A stretch of DNA of 64,000 bases from the human T2T-CHM13v2.0 reference genome, Homo sapiens, in assembly GCF_009914755.1 (NCBI RefSeq), contig NC_060927.1, one strand, 5' to 3'. The stretch's first letter is position 1, and every line of letters starts with the position of its first letter. Shown here piece after piece: positions 13,564 through 39,180 of the stretch. The position numbers and the translations under genes are program-made. A model generated the notes under the pieces. The model had not been told where the DNA came from and did no database searches. It was given only the letters and a program-made list of their open reading frames with translations.

Positions 13564-14723
13564 CTTGCAAGCCCAGAGCTGGCTGTGTCATCCACTCTGC
13601 ATTCCTGACTGAGTGGAGTGCAAAGCCCGGCTTGCCTGCTCAGCCCTTCTCCTCCATTCCCCCTTTGACCTACATGGCTGCCCCTCCCATCCCTTCCAGA
13701 GGGCCTGTTCTCACACCACTTCCCTGGAAGGGCCACCGGCCCCTCCTCCACATCTGGAAGGCCCAGCTTGAAAGTCAGCACTTTGGTCATCACCGCAGGA
13801 CCTCTGCTCCCGGCACTCCAGCCACCCCCACTGACCCCTCCAAGTGAGGGCCTCCTTCTCTTGGCTGCCAATGCGTCCCTGCCGTGAGGTCAGACCTGGT
13901 CTCGCCCATGCCTCCCCTCCTGAGGCCGGCTCACTTGGAGTGAGACCAGCAATCAGAATTCTGACTCCAAAAGCACTGGGTTTCAGAAAATATTCTGATG
14001 TCGTATCTTTTCTAAGATTAAATCTAGGGCTTGGATGTGAGGGGGAAAGAGGAGAGGAGAGGTCAGCATTGAGATGAAATGGGTAACTTGGGAAGTGGGC
14101 ACCTGACAGATCAGATGGGGGAGCCTGGCACCCCAAACACATCTGGGCCAGGCCCCAACTCTTCACTTTGTACTCTGAACTTCCAGCTCCCCAGCTGGGG
14201 CTCCCTCTCTCCCTTCCTTCCCCCAAGCCTCCTTCCACCCAGCACCTCTTCCACTCTGCCATCCCTCATCCGCCTTTCCCAGTCTCTCTAATCCTTACTT
14301 TCACAGTGCCTTTGCTGGGGTCCCTGCCATGTCTCCCCGCTCATCCCAATGGAGGACCTTCCCAGAACCAGCCCTTTTGTGGTAAAATTGTTCCTAAGTC
14401 ATTTTTTTAAAACTCCAGTTCTTATAATCAGCCTCCGCTACTTAATTATAAGGGCTAATCGTAACTTGTTCAAACCAGTCCCTTCAGCAATATTCAATTA
14501 TTTTTTTCACTGCAATCACTGTCATAAATACAATTAACATCATGACCCCATGTGTAGGTATCAGCATGCATCAGTACCACCATAAAGGCTGTTTATATTG
14601 TGTGGGTTGCTTGGGTAGGGTCTCCATTATGATTCTGAATATCATTAAAATAAAAGTCTCATGAGATAATCATTATTATTTTTACTCCATAAGAGGCACT
14701 CAGACAATTTCCCTTCTTTTCTA

Positions 14724-16174
<1,451 letters not shown>

Positions 16175-16605
16175 GTGAGTTATGGTTTTAAAAATATTTC
16201 TTCAAACCTTAAAATTGAATATAAGCATATTATATCATGTGTTCCAGCTGTAGTTCATGTGGTTACTGACTGATATGCTACAAGATTTTCTCTAAAACAA
16301 AACAAAAACCAACACTATATTTTAAGTTAAATATTTCAAACATAAAAATGGAGAAAATATTAGAACTGACATCCATGGACCCATGACCCAAATATAATAT
16401 ATTTTTTTAAAGGCACAAAATTTGCAGATATTGACAAATATATTATTACATATGCATGCATGTGTTTATTTGCAAAAATGGAATTACACTGTGTGTATGA
16501 TTTTGTGACTCACTCTTTTACTCTCATTATGTTGTCAAGATTTCTCCATGTTTATAAATTTCGACTGCTACCATATAATACATAACCTTCATTCTTGAAA
16601 GATAG

Positions 16606-17212
<607 letters not shown>

Positions 17213-17728
17213 GATTAACTATTTAAAAAAAAAAATTCTATTATTACTAGTGAGAAGTCATATATAGGACTTTACTTCTGAAAAGTGCAAATCAGATAAT
17301 TCACACCAACCCTTTCACTGAAGACACACACACAAACACATGCACACACACATACATACATATGTACATACATATTAGGCAAGGAATCCAAGAGAGGCTG
17401 GGAGGAGACCCAGGGAGGAGAACATCACAGAGGCAATTATCCCTACAAGCATTTGATTTGTTAGAAGGCAGCTGAGAAGCTGAGAAACTTAACAGAGCTT
17501 TTGACAATCTTTCCAGTGCTAGGAGACACTGACTTTCTGGGGAAGCCCTAATAAACTTTCTTGTGCTTTGATTTGAGACCATGAAGGGCCACAGCCTAAG
17601 AACAAAGCCAAACTGCAGGTAGACAGGTCCTCAAGGGACTATAGATTGATTTCTGATAATCTCAAGTCCCGAAATTAGATTGAAGGAGCCTGGATTGCTG
17701 GTGCCCTCATGGGTCCAGACGCATATGA

Positions 17729-18110
<382 letters not shown>

Positions 18111-18269
18111 CTAAAATCTTAATAAATGGGTTTAACAGCATTTTTGATAGATGTAGAGAGATAATTAGTAAAATAAGGACAGATCAGAAGAAAATATGAA
18201 GAAAGAATGAAGCATGAAATAACAAAAGAAAGAAAAGTCAGAAGAAAAGGTAAGAGACATAAGTAGATA

Positions 18270-18583
18270 AGCTGGTCACTGTGGCTTGTGCCTGTAATCC
18301 CAGCATTTTGGGAGGCCAAAGTGGGAGTAACACTTGAGGCCATGAGTTTGAGACCTGCCTGAGCAACATAACAGGACCTCCTCTCTAAAAAAAAAAAAAA
18401 AAAAAAAAATTAATGAGCCAGATGTGGTGGCACATACCTGTAGTCCCAGCTACTCAGGAAGCAGAGACAGGAAGATTGCTTAAGCTCAGGAGGTGGAGGC
18501 TACAGTGAGCCATGACCACACCATTGCACTCCAACCTGGACAACAGAGCAAGACCTTGTCTCAAAAACAAAACAAAAAAAAAA
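18270..18583 (+). mobile_element. Alu (AluJ-like) with expanded middle A-tract
   Basis: Dimeric Alu, A-tract at about 18387-18409. Confidence 0.88.
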
Positions 18584-18594
18584 GAGGCAGACAT

Positions 18595-19145
18595 AGTAGA
18601 TAAGTGAGATAATCAACATATGTGTAATTGAAGTCCCAGAAGGAGAGGAGAATGAGAATGGGACAAAAGCAATACTTAACTAAACTGGCAAAAGACATAA
18701 ACCACAAATTCAAATAGAGTTATTAATCCCAAGAAGGTTAAACACAAAGAAAATTTAGAAACATCATAATAACACTATTAAAGACCAAAGAGAAAGAGAA
18801 AATATTAAAATTAGTCAGTGAAATCACACATTACCTTCAAAGGAGCTGCAATAAAACTGGCATCTGACTTTTCAACAGAAACAATGGAAGTCAGTTACCA
18901 ATAGAATATCTTCAAAATGCTGGAGGGAAAATGCCAACTAAGAATTCTATGCCCAACAAAAATAGTTTTCAAAAATGGAAGTGAAACAAAGACATTGTCA
19001 GACCAACAGAAACTGGAAGAATTTGTCACAAGCAGATCTTCCCTAAAAGACATACTAAAGCACATTCTTCAAAGAAAAATGATCCCAGATAGAAGGTTGG
19101 AGGTGCAGGAAGAATCAAAGAGCCATGAAAATGGCTTTCTTATAG
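18595..19145 (+). mobile_element. Old L1M ORF1 fragment (host of the L1PA insertion)
   Basis: Degenerate ORF1 C-terminus, MLEGKCQLRILCPTKIVFKNGSETKTLSDQQKLEEFVTSR. Confidence 0.7.
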
Positions 19146-19151
19146 AACTTA

Positions 19152-25567
<6,416 letters not shown>

Positions 25568-25569
25568 GA

Positions 25570-26930
25570 ACTGACTGTTAATTTTATATGGAGATATAAG
25601 TGGTGAAGAATAAGCAAGACAATCTTGAACAGAAGATCACAGTTGGAGAATTTTCTCTAACAGACGTTAAACACTTCTTATAGAGAGCTACAGAAATTAA
25701 GATAGTGTAATATTGCTACAAGTATAGATAAGTAAACCAAGGGAAAGAATAGAAAGGCTGGAAACAGAGTCTTACCTATATGGACGTTTAATTATTGACA
25801 AAGATGACAATACATAGTATCAAGGAAAAGATGATCTTTTCAATCGATGATAATGAGACCACTGGAGATAAGTGTGGGGGACAAAGAAGTTTGACCCCTA
25901 CTTCACATCATACCCCTAAATCAATGCTGGTGGATTACAGAGTTGAAAGGCCAAATAAAGTTTCTAGAAGGTAATATAAGAAAATATCATCATGACTTTG
26001 GAGTGGAGAAACACTTTTTTTAAAGTACACAAAGAGCACTAATCGTAAAAGAAAAGATTGATTAAGTTAGACTCCATTAAAACTAACAACTTTTGTTCAT
26101 CAAGTATCACCATTAACAGAGTGAAAATGCAAGCTACAGTACTGGAAAAGATATTTGCTACATATATAATTAAAAAGGATTCTTAGGCAGGATGTATATA
26201 TAACTCCAACACATCATTAAGAAAAAGACAAATAATCCAATAGAAACATGGTCAAGAAACTTGAATAGGAACTTCACAAAAAAAGAAACCTATCAAAATA
26301 GCCAATAAGAATATTAAGAGGTGCTCAACCTCATTAGGAATGAGTGGAATTCAAATAAAAAACATTAAGAGATACCAATACACATCCACTGAAATAGTGA
26401 AAATAAAAGTACATCATCAAGTGTTGGTGAGGAATTGGAGCAACTGGAATTTTTATACACTGTGGTGGGAGTGTGTATTCGCACAGTCACCTTGGAAAAC
26501 TGTACTGTAGTATCTACTGATTCCAAAGTCTGTGGTCCAGCAGTTCCACTCTAGGTATATATCCAACATGAATGTATGTACATGGGCACCAGGAGACTTA
26601 GAGAAAAATGTTCTTGGAAATCAAGAACTAGAAACAACCCAAATTTCCATCAACAATAGAATAAATAAATAAATTGTGGCATATTCATATAGTGAGACAC
26701 TATGTAGCAATGAAAATGAACTAACTGTAGCTATACAAACATAAAATATGATGACTGTCACCAACATAATGCCTGCAAATGAAGAGAGGCACAAACAAAT
26801 GAATACTGTATGTTTGCATTTATGTAAAGTTCAAAAAACAGGTACAACTATAATGTTTGATTATCACAAAATTATGTTTAGGGAGGAAGGAGGAAGCAGA
26901 GAATAGGAAAGGACACTAGTAGTCATTTTC
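25570..26930 (+). mobile_element. Old L1M (L1ME/MC-like) ORF2 end and 3'UTR
   Basis: A-rich degenerate L1 ORF2 and 3'UTR motifs (aagacaatcttgaa, caacccaaatttccatcaacaatagaat). Confidence 0.7.
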
Positions 26931-27996
26931 TAGTCTCTTACTTTTAAAAAAAATCCTTTATTTTATTTCTTTGAATGTGTTAAAGTTATTTTGTATTCTG
27001 TCTAATAGTTTCAATAATCTGAATTATTTGGGGCTGATATTGTGATCTCTTGCTTCTACTGGCTCTTACTCATGGTGACACCAATTTGTGTGTTTTGTGA
27101 TTTCCTTTTTACTGTTAACTCATATTTCCTGGGATAATGGTTGTGGCAATTTCCTGAGCTCTGGTTTGAAGAGAACTTCCTCTTCAGGGCTTGAATTTGT
27201 GTCTGCCATTCACTCTGGGTGCTACCATCCCAGGGTTATATTAAATTAAATTATTGACCTGTGATTTCTTTGAACCATCCAGATGGTTAATTAACACAGG
27301 GTGCAAAACTGTATTAGAGCTAGTTTGTGAGTTCTCAGGAGATACATTTTTTCCTCATATTTATCAGTCTGAGATAGGCAATTTTCCCTAGGGTCCTTTG
27401 GGAAAAAAAGAGAGTTAGGTATTTATTTCTAGTTATCCTTACTCTAAGAGAAAAAACCTATGGCCCACTTTGTATTTGGGGCCATAACTTCATGTAGCAT
27501 TTTCTACTGGACTCCTTGTCTCCAGTGTCTATGACTTTATCTCCTATTCCCTGGACTCCACGATCCATGAAAACCAACTACTGTTTGAGTGATACTCTCA
27601 AAGGAAAGCTGGAGTCAGTGCTCTGCATACCCCACTGGGCTCCCACTTTCTCTCATTCATTGATCTTTGGGTATTCCTCACTAAACTGCCAGCCCATCGA
27701 CACATTTTAAAAAGATATATATATTTTTTTAAATCCTTAGAAGAAAACATAGAGGAAAAGCTTCATCACCTTGGATTTGGCAATTATTTCTTGGAAATGA
27801 CACCAAAGGCACAGGCAAAAAAAAAGAAAAAGTAGATAAATTTGGCTACATCAAAATGTAAAACTTCCATGCACCAAAGGACGTAATCAATGAAGTGAAG
27901 AGGCAAACTTATGGAATGAGAAAAAATAATTGCAAGTTGTATATCTGATAAGGGGTTAACATCTAGAATATATATATATAAAACTATTACAACTTT

Positions 27997-28560
<564 letters not shown>

Positions 28561-29443
28561 ACAACCTGATTTAAAATAGGCAAGGAATTTAAATAGACAT
28601 TCATCAAAGAAGATATACAAATAGCCAATACATGCACGAAAAGACGTTCAACATCACTAATCACTAAGGAAATGCAAATCAAAACCACAATGACATGCCA
28701 ACCTCACCATCAAAAATAAAAAAATAAAAAAGATAAAAAACACCCAGAAAATAACAAGTGTTGACAAGGATGTGGAAAAGTTGGAACCTTGGGCACTGTT
28801 GGTGGCAATGTAAAATGGTGCAGCCGGTAGGGAAAACAGTATGACGGTTCCTCAAAAAGTTAAAAATAGAATGACCATATAATCCAGCAATACCACTTGT
28901 GAATATATACCCCAAATAATTAAAAACAGGATCTCAAAGAGAGACTTCTATACCCATGTTGACAGCAGCATTATTCATGAGAGCCAAAAGGTGGGAGCAA
29001 CCCAAGTGTCCATCAACAGATGAATGAATAAACAAAATGTGTTGTATACAGACAATGGAATATTATTCAGCCTTAAAAAGGAAGGAAATTCTGACACATG
29101 TTGCAGCATGAGATGAACCTTGAGGACATTGTGCTAAGTGAATAAGCCAGTCACAAAATGACAAATACTGTAGAATTCCACTTACGTGATGGACCTAGAG
29201 TAGTCAGATTTATACAGAGAGAAAACAGAATGGTGGTTACCAGGGTCTGCGGAAAGAGGAGAATAGGGAGTTATTGTTTAATAAGTAGAGTTTCAGTTTT
29301 GTAAGATGAAAAGAGTTCTGGAGACGGATGGTGGTTAGGATTGCACAACAACGTGAATGCTTCATGCCACTGAACTGTATACTAAAAATGGCTAAGGTGG
29401 TAAATGTTATGTGCATTTTGCCACAGTTAAGAAATACATTTTT

Positions 29444-29756
<313 letters not shown>

Positions 29757-30724
29757 TTACTTTAAATATGTATCCTGCAATTTTAGTTGCTTTTATTCAG
29801 AGTGTCAGTCAGGGTACCCAGTCCACTCAAGCTGGAAATAAGATGCTGTCCATGCATGTTAAAAGTGATCCTTAATAGTTCCTTAAATGTAGCCCTCTTG
29901 CTAATCTGGAGGCTGCTGAGGAATTCTATCTTGGATAGCATGGTCCTTGCCCATGGCAGTACTGGTGCCGAAGGAGTGACATGTAAACCTCTGATTAGGA
30001 GCTTTAGGACCCAGTCAAGAGCCCATTTAGCACAGACTGATGTTAACATAGGCACTGACATGCCACATTGATTGGCTCCTCTGTCAGAAACACAGCTTGC
30101 AGAATCCAGTCCAGCACTCAAATGAGGCACCTGTCATTAAAGAGGCCTTGGGCACCAGCTCTGTAGTTAAGGTCACAAGTGCCTTTTTAATCTCTGCCAA
30201 GGTATAATTTGGAATCCTATATCTGACCATGTCATTGCCTCAAAAAACTCTGAATTCTCCAAACTCCACCAAAGCTTCTTCTAGGCTTAAATTCTGAAAT
30301 GAAGGATCCTCAGGTTGTGATGGCTCTAATTGCTAAAAGGTGGCCTGTTCACGACATTCTTGTGATTTACATTTTTAAATACCCTCTCCTTTCATTAGGT
30401 GGGGATTTATCTGTCATTAGCATCCATTGTTACCACAGGAAATGACCTGGCCTTGGGCCCTCCACACAGGAAACTGTGGGAACCTGGGCTGGCTCCAGTG
30501 CTCATGTGTTGGCTCCAATCCAACACTCCAATCCAATTCAGTGACTCTTTGTTTTAAAGGGAAAGTATTTTATTTTCATGCCACCTTTTCCTTAGATAAT
30601 TAGAAAGTTATCTTGGGGCAAAAATGTTGAGGTAATTAACATGATGGACTTGAAAGCAACATTTTAAAGCACAGAGCATAGTTGTCATCATTATGTAAGC
30701 ATTTTTTATATCTTGCATTCTTAG

Positions 30725-30873
30725 GCTTTGCTTCTGGAATTGAAGGGGCACACCACCTGCCCGTTTACCACCCTAGAAATCATTGATTGCAAGATGGATC
30801 TGTGGTCTCTAGAGCGACTTGGGAAGGCTCTGCGGTTCAGTAGTTTGCATTCTCTTGTCCTCGATTACTGCAA
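30725..30873 (+). CDS. LRR gene, coding exon 3 (ALLLELKGHTTCPFTTLEIIDCKMDLWSLERLGKALRFSSLHSLVLDYC)
   Basis: Acceptor tcttgcattcttag|; donor CAA|gtaagg; 149 nt, phase 0/2; LRR motif LxxLxLxxC. Confidence 0.9.
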
Positions 30874-31336
30874 GTAAGGCTGGAATTCCTGCAGGGCTCT
30901 TACAGCTGTCAGCTGGGGGAAGCAAAGATGGGGAGGGTTGGGGGGGTTGCATGTCCAGTTTCCTTGCACCTTATCAAGGCATGGCTGAAGAGGACCCTCT
31001 AAAACCTTAGAGTTAATGTTTCTGAGTAAATATTAGAGTTCTCAAGAAGAGTCACTTTCATTTATTTATTCTTTCAACAGATATTTGTTGAAGGCTAGTT
31101 TATGCAAGATATTGTGCTCAGTGCTAAGAAAGATACAAATATAGAAGGCAATGCTGCTGTTCCAAGGTGTCCTTGGTACAGTAGAGAAGAGATGCTCTTA
31201 ATGCAAGGTAGAAAATCTGAAGACCACAAAAGATGTCCATGTATATTATTTTGGTAGTTTGGACAAGGGAAACCACAATTTCCTAGGTGACGGGTCAATA
31301 TTCACCAGATGAGGAGGTAGAAAGAAAGGTGTGGTG

Positions 31337-31603
31337 GGCTGGGCACAGTGGCCCTCACCTGTAATCCCAGCATTCTGAGAGGCTGAGATGGGAGGATCAC
31401 TTGAGCTGAGGTGGGGGATGAAAGCTGCGGTGAGCCGAGATCATATCACTGCATTCCAGCCTGAGTGACAGAGCAAGACTCTGTCTCAAAAAGAAAACAG
31501 AAGAGAGAAAGAAAGAGGAAGGAAGGAGGGGAGGAAGGAAGGAGGGAAGGAAGGAAGGAAGAAGGAAGGAAGGGAGGGAGGGAGGGAAAGAGGGAGGGAA
31601 AGG
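31337..31603 (+). mobile_element. Monomer-like or deleted Alu followed by a (GGAA/GGGA)n tract
   Basis: Alu motifs 31337-31490, polypurine 31487-31603. Confidence 0.8.
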
Positions 31604-33235
31604 TGTGGTGTTGGGGAGGAGTGGAGCAAGTCCTTCAGAGCTGGGGTATCAAGCATGTTAAGGGAATGTCCACAAGATGAGAATAATAATAATATTTCCA
31701 GCTAATGGTTAATGAGTGTTTATTGTGTGCCAAACACGATGCAGGAATGAGCTCATTTCTCCTCCCAACAACCTCATGAGCTATGCACCATTACTATCCC
31801 TAGACTGTGGATGAGGTCCACAGACTTGTTCAAGGCTATTCAGTCCCCCGGGGATGGAACCTTGATATGGATTCAGGTTGTCTGAATCAGAGCCCACCTC
31901 CGATCCATGACACTAGATTGCCCGGGGTCTATAAGTTGCCGTCCACAAACAACTTCAAACTGTGTGTACCATCTGGAGTAAGTCACAGAACCTTTCTGGT
32001 CTGTAATGAAATGATCTCCCCCACTCCAGGAGTCTGTGATTCTGTGACTCTTCCCATGCAATTGGGTGGGGCCTTAGACTCAAAAGGCCAGTGGGCTGTG
32101 AGGAGAGAGAGGAGATTCGAGCCTGAGAAGTGGTAGCCCAGAGACACAGAACTGGGATCCGGCCAGGGCCCTGGTGGTAAAAGCTGGGGAGAGGGCGTTC
32201 TCTGTGGAGGTTCTCAGGGTTTCTGAAATGCTGGGAGGAACGTCAGGCAGGGTCTTGTAACAGGGGGCAGCAGGAGCCCAATGCACACGGGACGCCATGC
32301 AGTGACTGTAGGATCTGCTTGCGAGTCCCCCAGTTTCCCACACTATTGGGCAGCACCAGCCCCACTGCTAAGAGACCCCTCCAGGCTCCAGCTCCTGGGA
32401 GGGGCACCCAGAGACCTGCACTGGTGGGAAGAGAGAAGGAAGAAAGAAGGAATTCTCTTCTTCAGCAGACAACTTGTTGTAATAGTCAGATGACATACTG
32501 CCACCGACGCCAGGACACCTAGTGTTGTCAGGCTTGCCTAGCTGGGAATCACCACCCGAGACCTTAACACTGGTAACACTGCAGGATACTGGCCTCTGGG
32601 GGTTGCAGTTCTCTCCTCACTGTCTCCACTGAGGCTGTGAGGTCCATCAGACAGTCCTTTCTCACACAAGCTGCATCCCCATGCCCACCTTGGTAGGTGG
32701 CTCAGGGAAGGCCCTCAGTCATTACTTGTTCATGAATTGATACATGTTAAAAGTTATTTCTGTTCATCTCACCCACCTCATTTTAAGGTTCAAGCTTTGA
32801 CATTCCAAATTCCTTAAAGATGTTGCTTTCCTTCACCAAGCCTCGGTTTCCTGACCCATGGCTTTTACCATTACCTCCCCGCAGAGGCTGTGGTTGAGGC
32901 ACAAGATTTCACTTTGCAAAGTAAAGCCTGCAATGCAAGAGGAGGGAACAGCCCTGCTGGGAGTCTCTAGGACTCCACCTGTCTCTGCCCTTCTCTGTAG
33001 CTCTTCTCTCTGGGGTTTAGAGTTTGTTCTCCATCCGCTGCCTGGATTGGGTAGTTCCAACCATCTTCTGCTCCCTTTACCCAGGAGGCAGACTTCCGGC
33101 CCTTTCCCTCATGCCCAGGCTACCCACTATGGCCAACCCAGCCCACCCGCATAGCCAGCCCTGGCCCTGGAAGCTCAAATTAGGGATCAGCAGAAATGCC
33201 GCTAATTATCCTGGAAAGGGCTTTACAATTAGTAA

Positions 33236-33563
<328 letters not shown>

Positions 33564-33584
33564 CACAGGTTTTAAAAGCCACTA

Positions 33585-33810
<226 letters not shown>

Positions 33811-33828
33811 TCACTAATTTGTTTCTAT

Positions 33829-34281
33829 TGTGAAAATTGTCAGATTAAAATGGAGTCACTTGTGTTGAACAACAACAACAAGAAAACCTGACAAACAGAG
33901 CCAGGGAAGGCCATGAAAGAAGGGCTCTCATGCATAAATGCCTGGTAACAAGAACTATCACAAAAGACCCTGTAGCAACCACAGCCTTGCACAAGGCCAT
34001 CATAACCTTACACAGAAAAATACTTCTACAAGGACATCTACCCAGCAACTGTCCAACCTTAGTCTGGTGCCACCCTTGTTATTGATCCTTGTAGTCAAGG
34101 ATAATTATCTGAAAACAATGATGTAATCCTCCTCACTTTTCATTGAAAGACCTTTGTCTTCCTCTTCCTCCCTGAATATGCTCATAGTTTACCATGGCCT
34201 GTGTATTCCCATTCCCATTGCAATTCTGGTTCTGAATAAACAGGCTCCTTTTAGAGAGCTTCTCTGTTATTTAAGTTGACA
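33829..34281 (+). mobile_element. Solo ERV1 LTR (MER34/MER39-group-like) ending 17 nt before LRR coding exon 4
   Basis: Starts tgtgaaaattgtcagattaaaatggagtcact, ends gttgaca; AATAAA near 34235; degenerate TSD ctat/ctgt. Confidence 0.7.
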
Positions 34282-34298
34282 CTGTCATTTCTTTTTAG

Positions 34299-34439
34299 AT
34301 TTGGAAATGAAGAACTTGAGAGCATTTTCTCAGGCCTGGAGAACAACCAAAGGCTTCAAGGCCTCAGTCTGCGTTACTGTGGTCTGGGACCTCAGAGCGG
34401 GCTAAGGCTGGGTTCGGTCATCAGCCAGAGTGCCATTTG
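34299..34439 (+). CDS. LRR gene, coding exon 4 (FGNEELESIFSGLENNQRLQGLSLRYCGLGPQSGLRLGSVISQSAI)
   Basis: Acceptor catttctttttag|; donor TTG|gtgaga; 141 nt, phase 2/2; RNI-like repeat LxxLxLxxCxLG. Confidence 0.9.
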
Positions 34440-34709
34440 GTGAGACGTGTCCCCCACTGCCCCCTTCTAATCTTGGCTCTATTCTGTCTTGAGTTATACA
34501 ATCTGTTATAATTCTAATAATCTCTTCTCCACTCTTGTTATTTTTGCTTGCCTTTTCTTAACCATAAGAGAAGGTCCTTTAGTTGAGTTTGAAAATCAGT
34601 GGTGTCACACTGAATGCAGGTGTTTGACCAGCTGACATGGTCACTAGGTCTATTTTTTATGACATGGCCTATTATTAATTAATTATGGTTATTCCTTATT
34701 ATTTTATGA

Positions 34710-35045
<336 letters not shown>

Positions 35046-35111
35046 TTAAATCCAAATTTGAGGAAGTAGAACTAACATAAAATAAACAGTGTATTCTGCT
35101 CCCTTCCCCAG

Positions 35112-35257
35112 CGAGCTGTTCCTTGATGGCAATTACTTGGAATGTTCCGGAGCACTGGCTCTTCTCAGGCCCATAGCAGGCTTTGCGGAGACACAGGGGG
35201 AAGACCAGCCAGCCCCAGGCTCACCAGATACTGGAAATCCCCCTCAGCGGCTCCAAG
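35112..35257 (+). CDS. LRR gene, coding exon 5 (ELFLDGNYLECSGALALLRP...PPQRLQ)
   Basis: Acceptor ctcccttccccag|; donor AAG|gtaagt; 146 nt, phase 2/1; LxLxxNxL motif. Confidence 0.9.
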
Positions 35258-35364
35258 GTAAGTGCTGAGGAACTTGGCACTAAAATCCTGTTGGTGCCAC
35301 CTAAAAGGAGGACGCTTTGCTCTGTGATTAAAAGTGACCTTCTCAGTGGTCAAGTGTGATTCTT

Positions 35365-35840
35365 CTTCTTGAATATGTGTGGGAGACAAAATAATGGCTC
35401 CCAAAGATGTCTTTGCCCTAATCTTCAGAACCTGTGAATATGTCACTTCACATGGCAAAAGGGACTCTGCCTGTGTGAGTTAAGGATGAGAGAGGGAGAT
35501 CATCTTGGATCATCCTCGTGGGTCCAGTGTAATCACGAGGATCATGATAGGAGGGAGGCAGGAGAGTCAGAGAAGATGTGACCATGGAAGCAGAGGTTAG
35601 AGTGATGTGAGGAAGGGGCCAGGAGCTGGGGTACGTAGGTGGCCTCTACAAGGTGGAAAAGGCAAGTAAACTAATTTTCCCCAGGGCCTTTAAAGGAATA
35701 CAGCTCTGCTGACACCTTGACTTTCACCTTTAAGACCTATTTCAGAGTTCAGAACTCCAGAACTATAGGATCAGAAACTTGTATTGTTTTAAGGCACTAA
35801 GTGTGTGGTCATTTGCAACAGCAGCAATAGAAAACTACTA
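35365..35840 (+). mobile_element. MaLR LTR (MLT1D-like)
   Basis: aataatggctcccaaagatgtc...acctgtgaatatgtcacttcacatggcaaaagggact...cagcagcaatagaaaact. Confidence 0.75.
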
Positions 35841-36789
35841 TAGTGTGTTAATCAGATTCTTTAGGTTAAAAGTGAAAGCAACCAAACAGGATTAAAGACC
35901 AGTATGGGTTTATAGGCTGACATAACTGGGACATCCATGGGTACAGCTGTCTTCAGAGATGATCGAATTCAGGGGCTCAAAACACCCCACCAGGAGACCC
36001 AGAATTTGCTGCTCTTGACTCTACTTCCCTTCCAAGGGTTGGCCTTTCTCCCTCCGGCTGCAGCCAGGCTTTCTCCAAGCAGGAAAAGACAGCTGATGTG
36101 CCTGCCAACAGTCCCAGGGCTACATCATCATGACTGTAATCAAACAGAAAGTGAAAGCTTCTTTCTTCCAATGACTATGTGTCAAATCCCATACGGAGAT
36201 TCTGATTGACCCTCCTTGGGTCACATACTGACCTCTTGGCCCAATCTCAGGTCAGAGCGAAATGTGATTGGCCAGGACGCATCCCACGCCCATCCTGGAG
36301 GGTAGAGCACTGTGACGGGCAGCCCTGCCAGCACCACTGGATTTGCAGTGGGGAATTGGCAGTCCCCCAAAGAGTAGGCAGATGGGAGGACAAATGCAGG
36401 ACAGACAAGAACAACAGCTGCTTACTCCCCTGTAAATGGCTTTCCATAGCTGACATTTAACTTCAGCCGACAGCCACATATTAGACAGTAGGGTGAGGAG
36501 TAGATGGGAAAGAGAGGCTAAATCTGGCAACCCTATTCCATTCCCATCACGTGTGAACAAGGTTTCTCAGCATTTCAACTATAACAATGAAAAATGGAAA
36601 TAGAATTGATGCTGAACTCTGCCTCATGCTAGCAGTAATATTCAATGAATACATGAATTCATTATAAAAACAAATAAATAAAACTGCACTATCCATCTCA
36701 CTGAGCAATGCATTCAAAAAATTTATTTTTCTATGTAATTAGAATCAATTACATACTTCTAAAAATTGATGAAAAACTGGAGAAGAAAC

Positions 36790-37087
36790 TTTTTTTTTTT
36801 TTTTGAGACAGGGTTTCACTCCGTCACCCAGGCTGGTGTGCAGTGGTGTGATCTTGGCTCACCACAACCTCCGCCTCCCAGGTTCAAGCAGTTCTCCTGC
36901 CTCAGCCTCCGGAGTAGCTGAGATTATAGGTGCAGGCCACCATCATACCCAGCTAATTTTTGTATTTTTAGCAGAGACAGGGTTTCTCTACGCTGGCTGA
37001 GCTGGTCTCAAACTCCTGGATGGCAGCGATCCACCCATCTCAGCCTCCCAAAGTTGGGATTACAAGTGTGAGCCACCGCGCCCAGCC
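36790..37087 (-). mobile_element. Alu
   Basis: Poly(T) plus reverse Alu. Confidence 0.9.
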
Positions 37088-37106
37088 TGATCCCAAGAAA
37101 TTTTGA

Positions 37107-37473
<367 letters not shown>

Positions 37474-37758
37474 TATAAAATACTTTTTAATACAAGATTT
37501 TACAGAATAAATAGAATGGAAATATATGTAAAACACAAGAAGAAAAGGGAATAATGTAAAAATGTCAATTGCTAAAGAAGAGTTTGCTCATGTTTTCTGT
37601 TGTTGCGATATTCTGGTAAGTGATGGCGAGTATCAAATGGTTTGGTTTATATTCCATTTGATACACTTAAGGGAATGATATAGCAGATTTTATTTTTAAA
37701 TGTCACTATTTGCCATAATCTAAAAATCTCTTTTGAAAATTTAAAAGTGATGATGAAC

Positions 37759-38070
<312 letters not shown>

Positions 38071-38341
38071 TTAGATACTAACCTAAAAATGTGCAAGATG
38101 GTCCATAAACTTTTTAATATTCCTCTATGTTGTTATGGGAACAAAAATGTTTGAGACCACTGCTTTTTGAGGACCAAATGTTTGATCTCCTGTTCTGTGA
38201 GCTACTCCCAGGCCTCTCGGTAACTCTTCCTTCTGGCCAGAGTCAGCCACAGGGGCTTTCAGTTGATGACAACCAAAGGGGCCCAAATGCCTTAGGACCC
38301 AATGACAAGTTTGTTTTCTTAATCATAATTACTTGTTATAG

Positions 38342-38724
<383 letters not shown>

Positions 38725-39180
38725 TAAGTAATATGTCAATTTTTACATTATTCCCTTTTCTTCTTGTGGGCAGGAAAGGGTGCGGGTGGGCAGGGAGGCC
38801 TGTTGGGTGGCTGTTGACCTCTAGGAGAGAGCTGTCTACCCAGGTGAGACAAGGGCAATAGCGGGGAAGGCAGCGAGAAGCAGTCAGACTCTGCATTATC
38901 CCACTTCCTAACGGATTGGATGTAGGGTACAAGAGAAAGGAAGAGTCCAGAATGACTCCAGAGTGATATGTTCTAATATGTTGCTTTAAACATGCCAAAA
39001 AAGAGTTCCTCCCTGCTACATTCTTACTAATTCCAGGGCTTTGGAGTCACTTTTATAGACGGCAGCTTTGAAACATAAAGAAGAAGCGACACGAGGCTGG
39101 CAGGATGGTTCTTGGAGCTCTACTTGGTTGCATGTTCACCCTGAGACTTTAAGGAAAGAAACACAAAAACCACAGGACCC

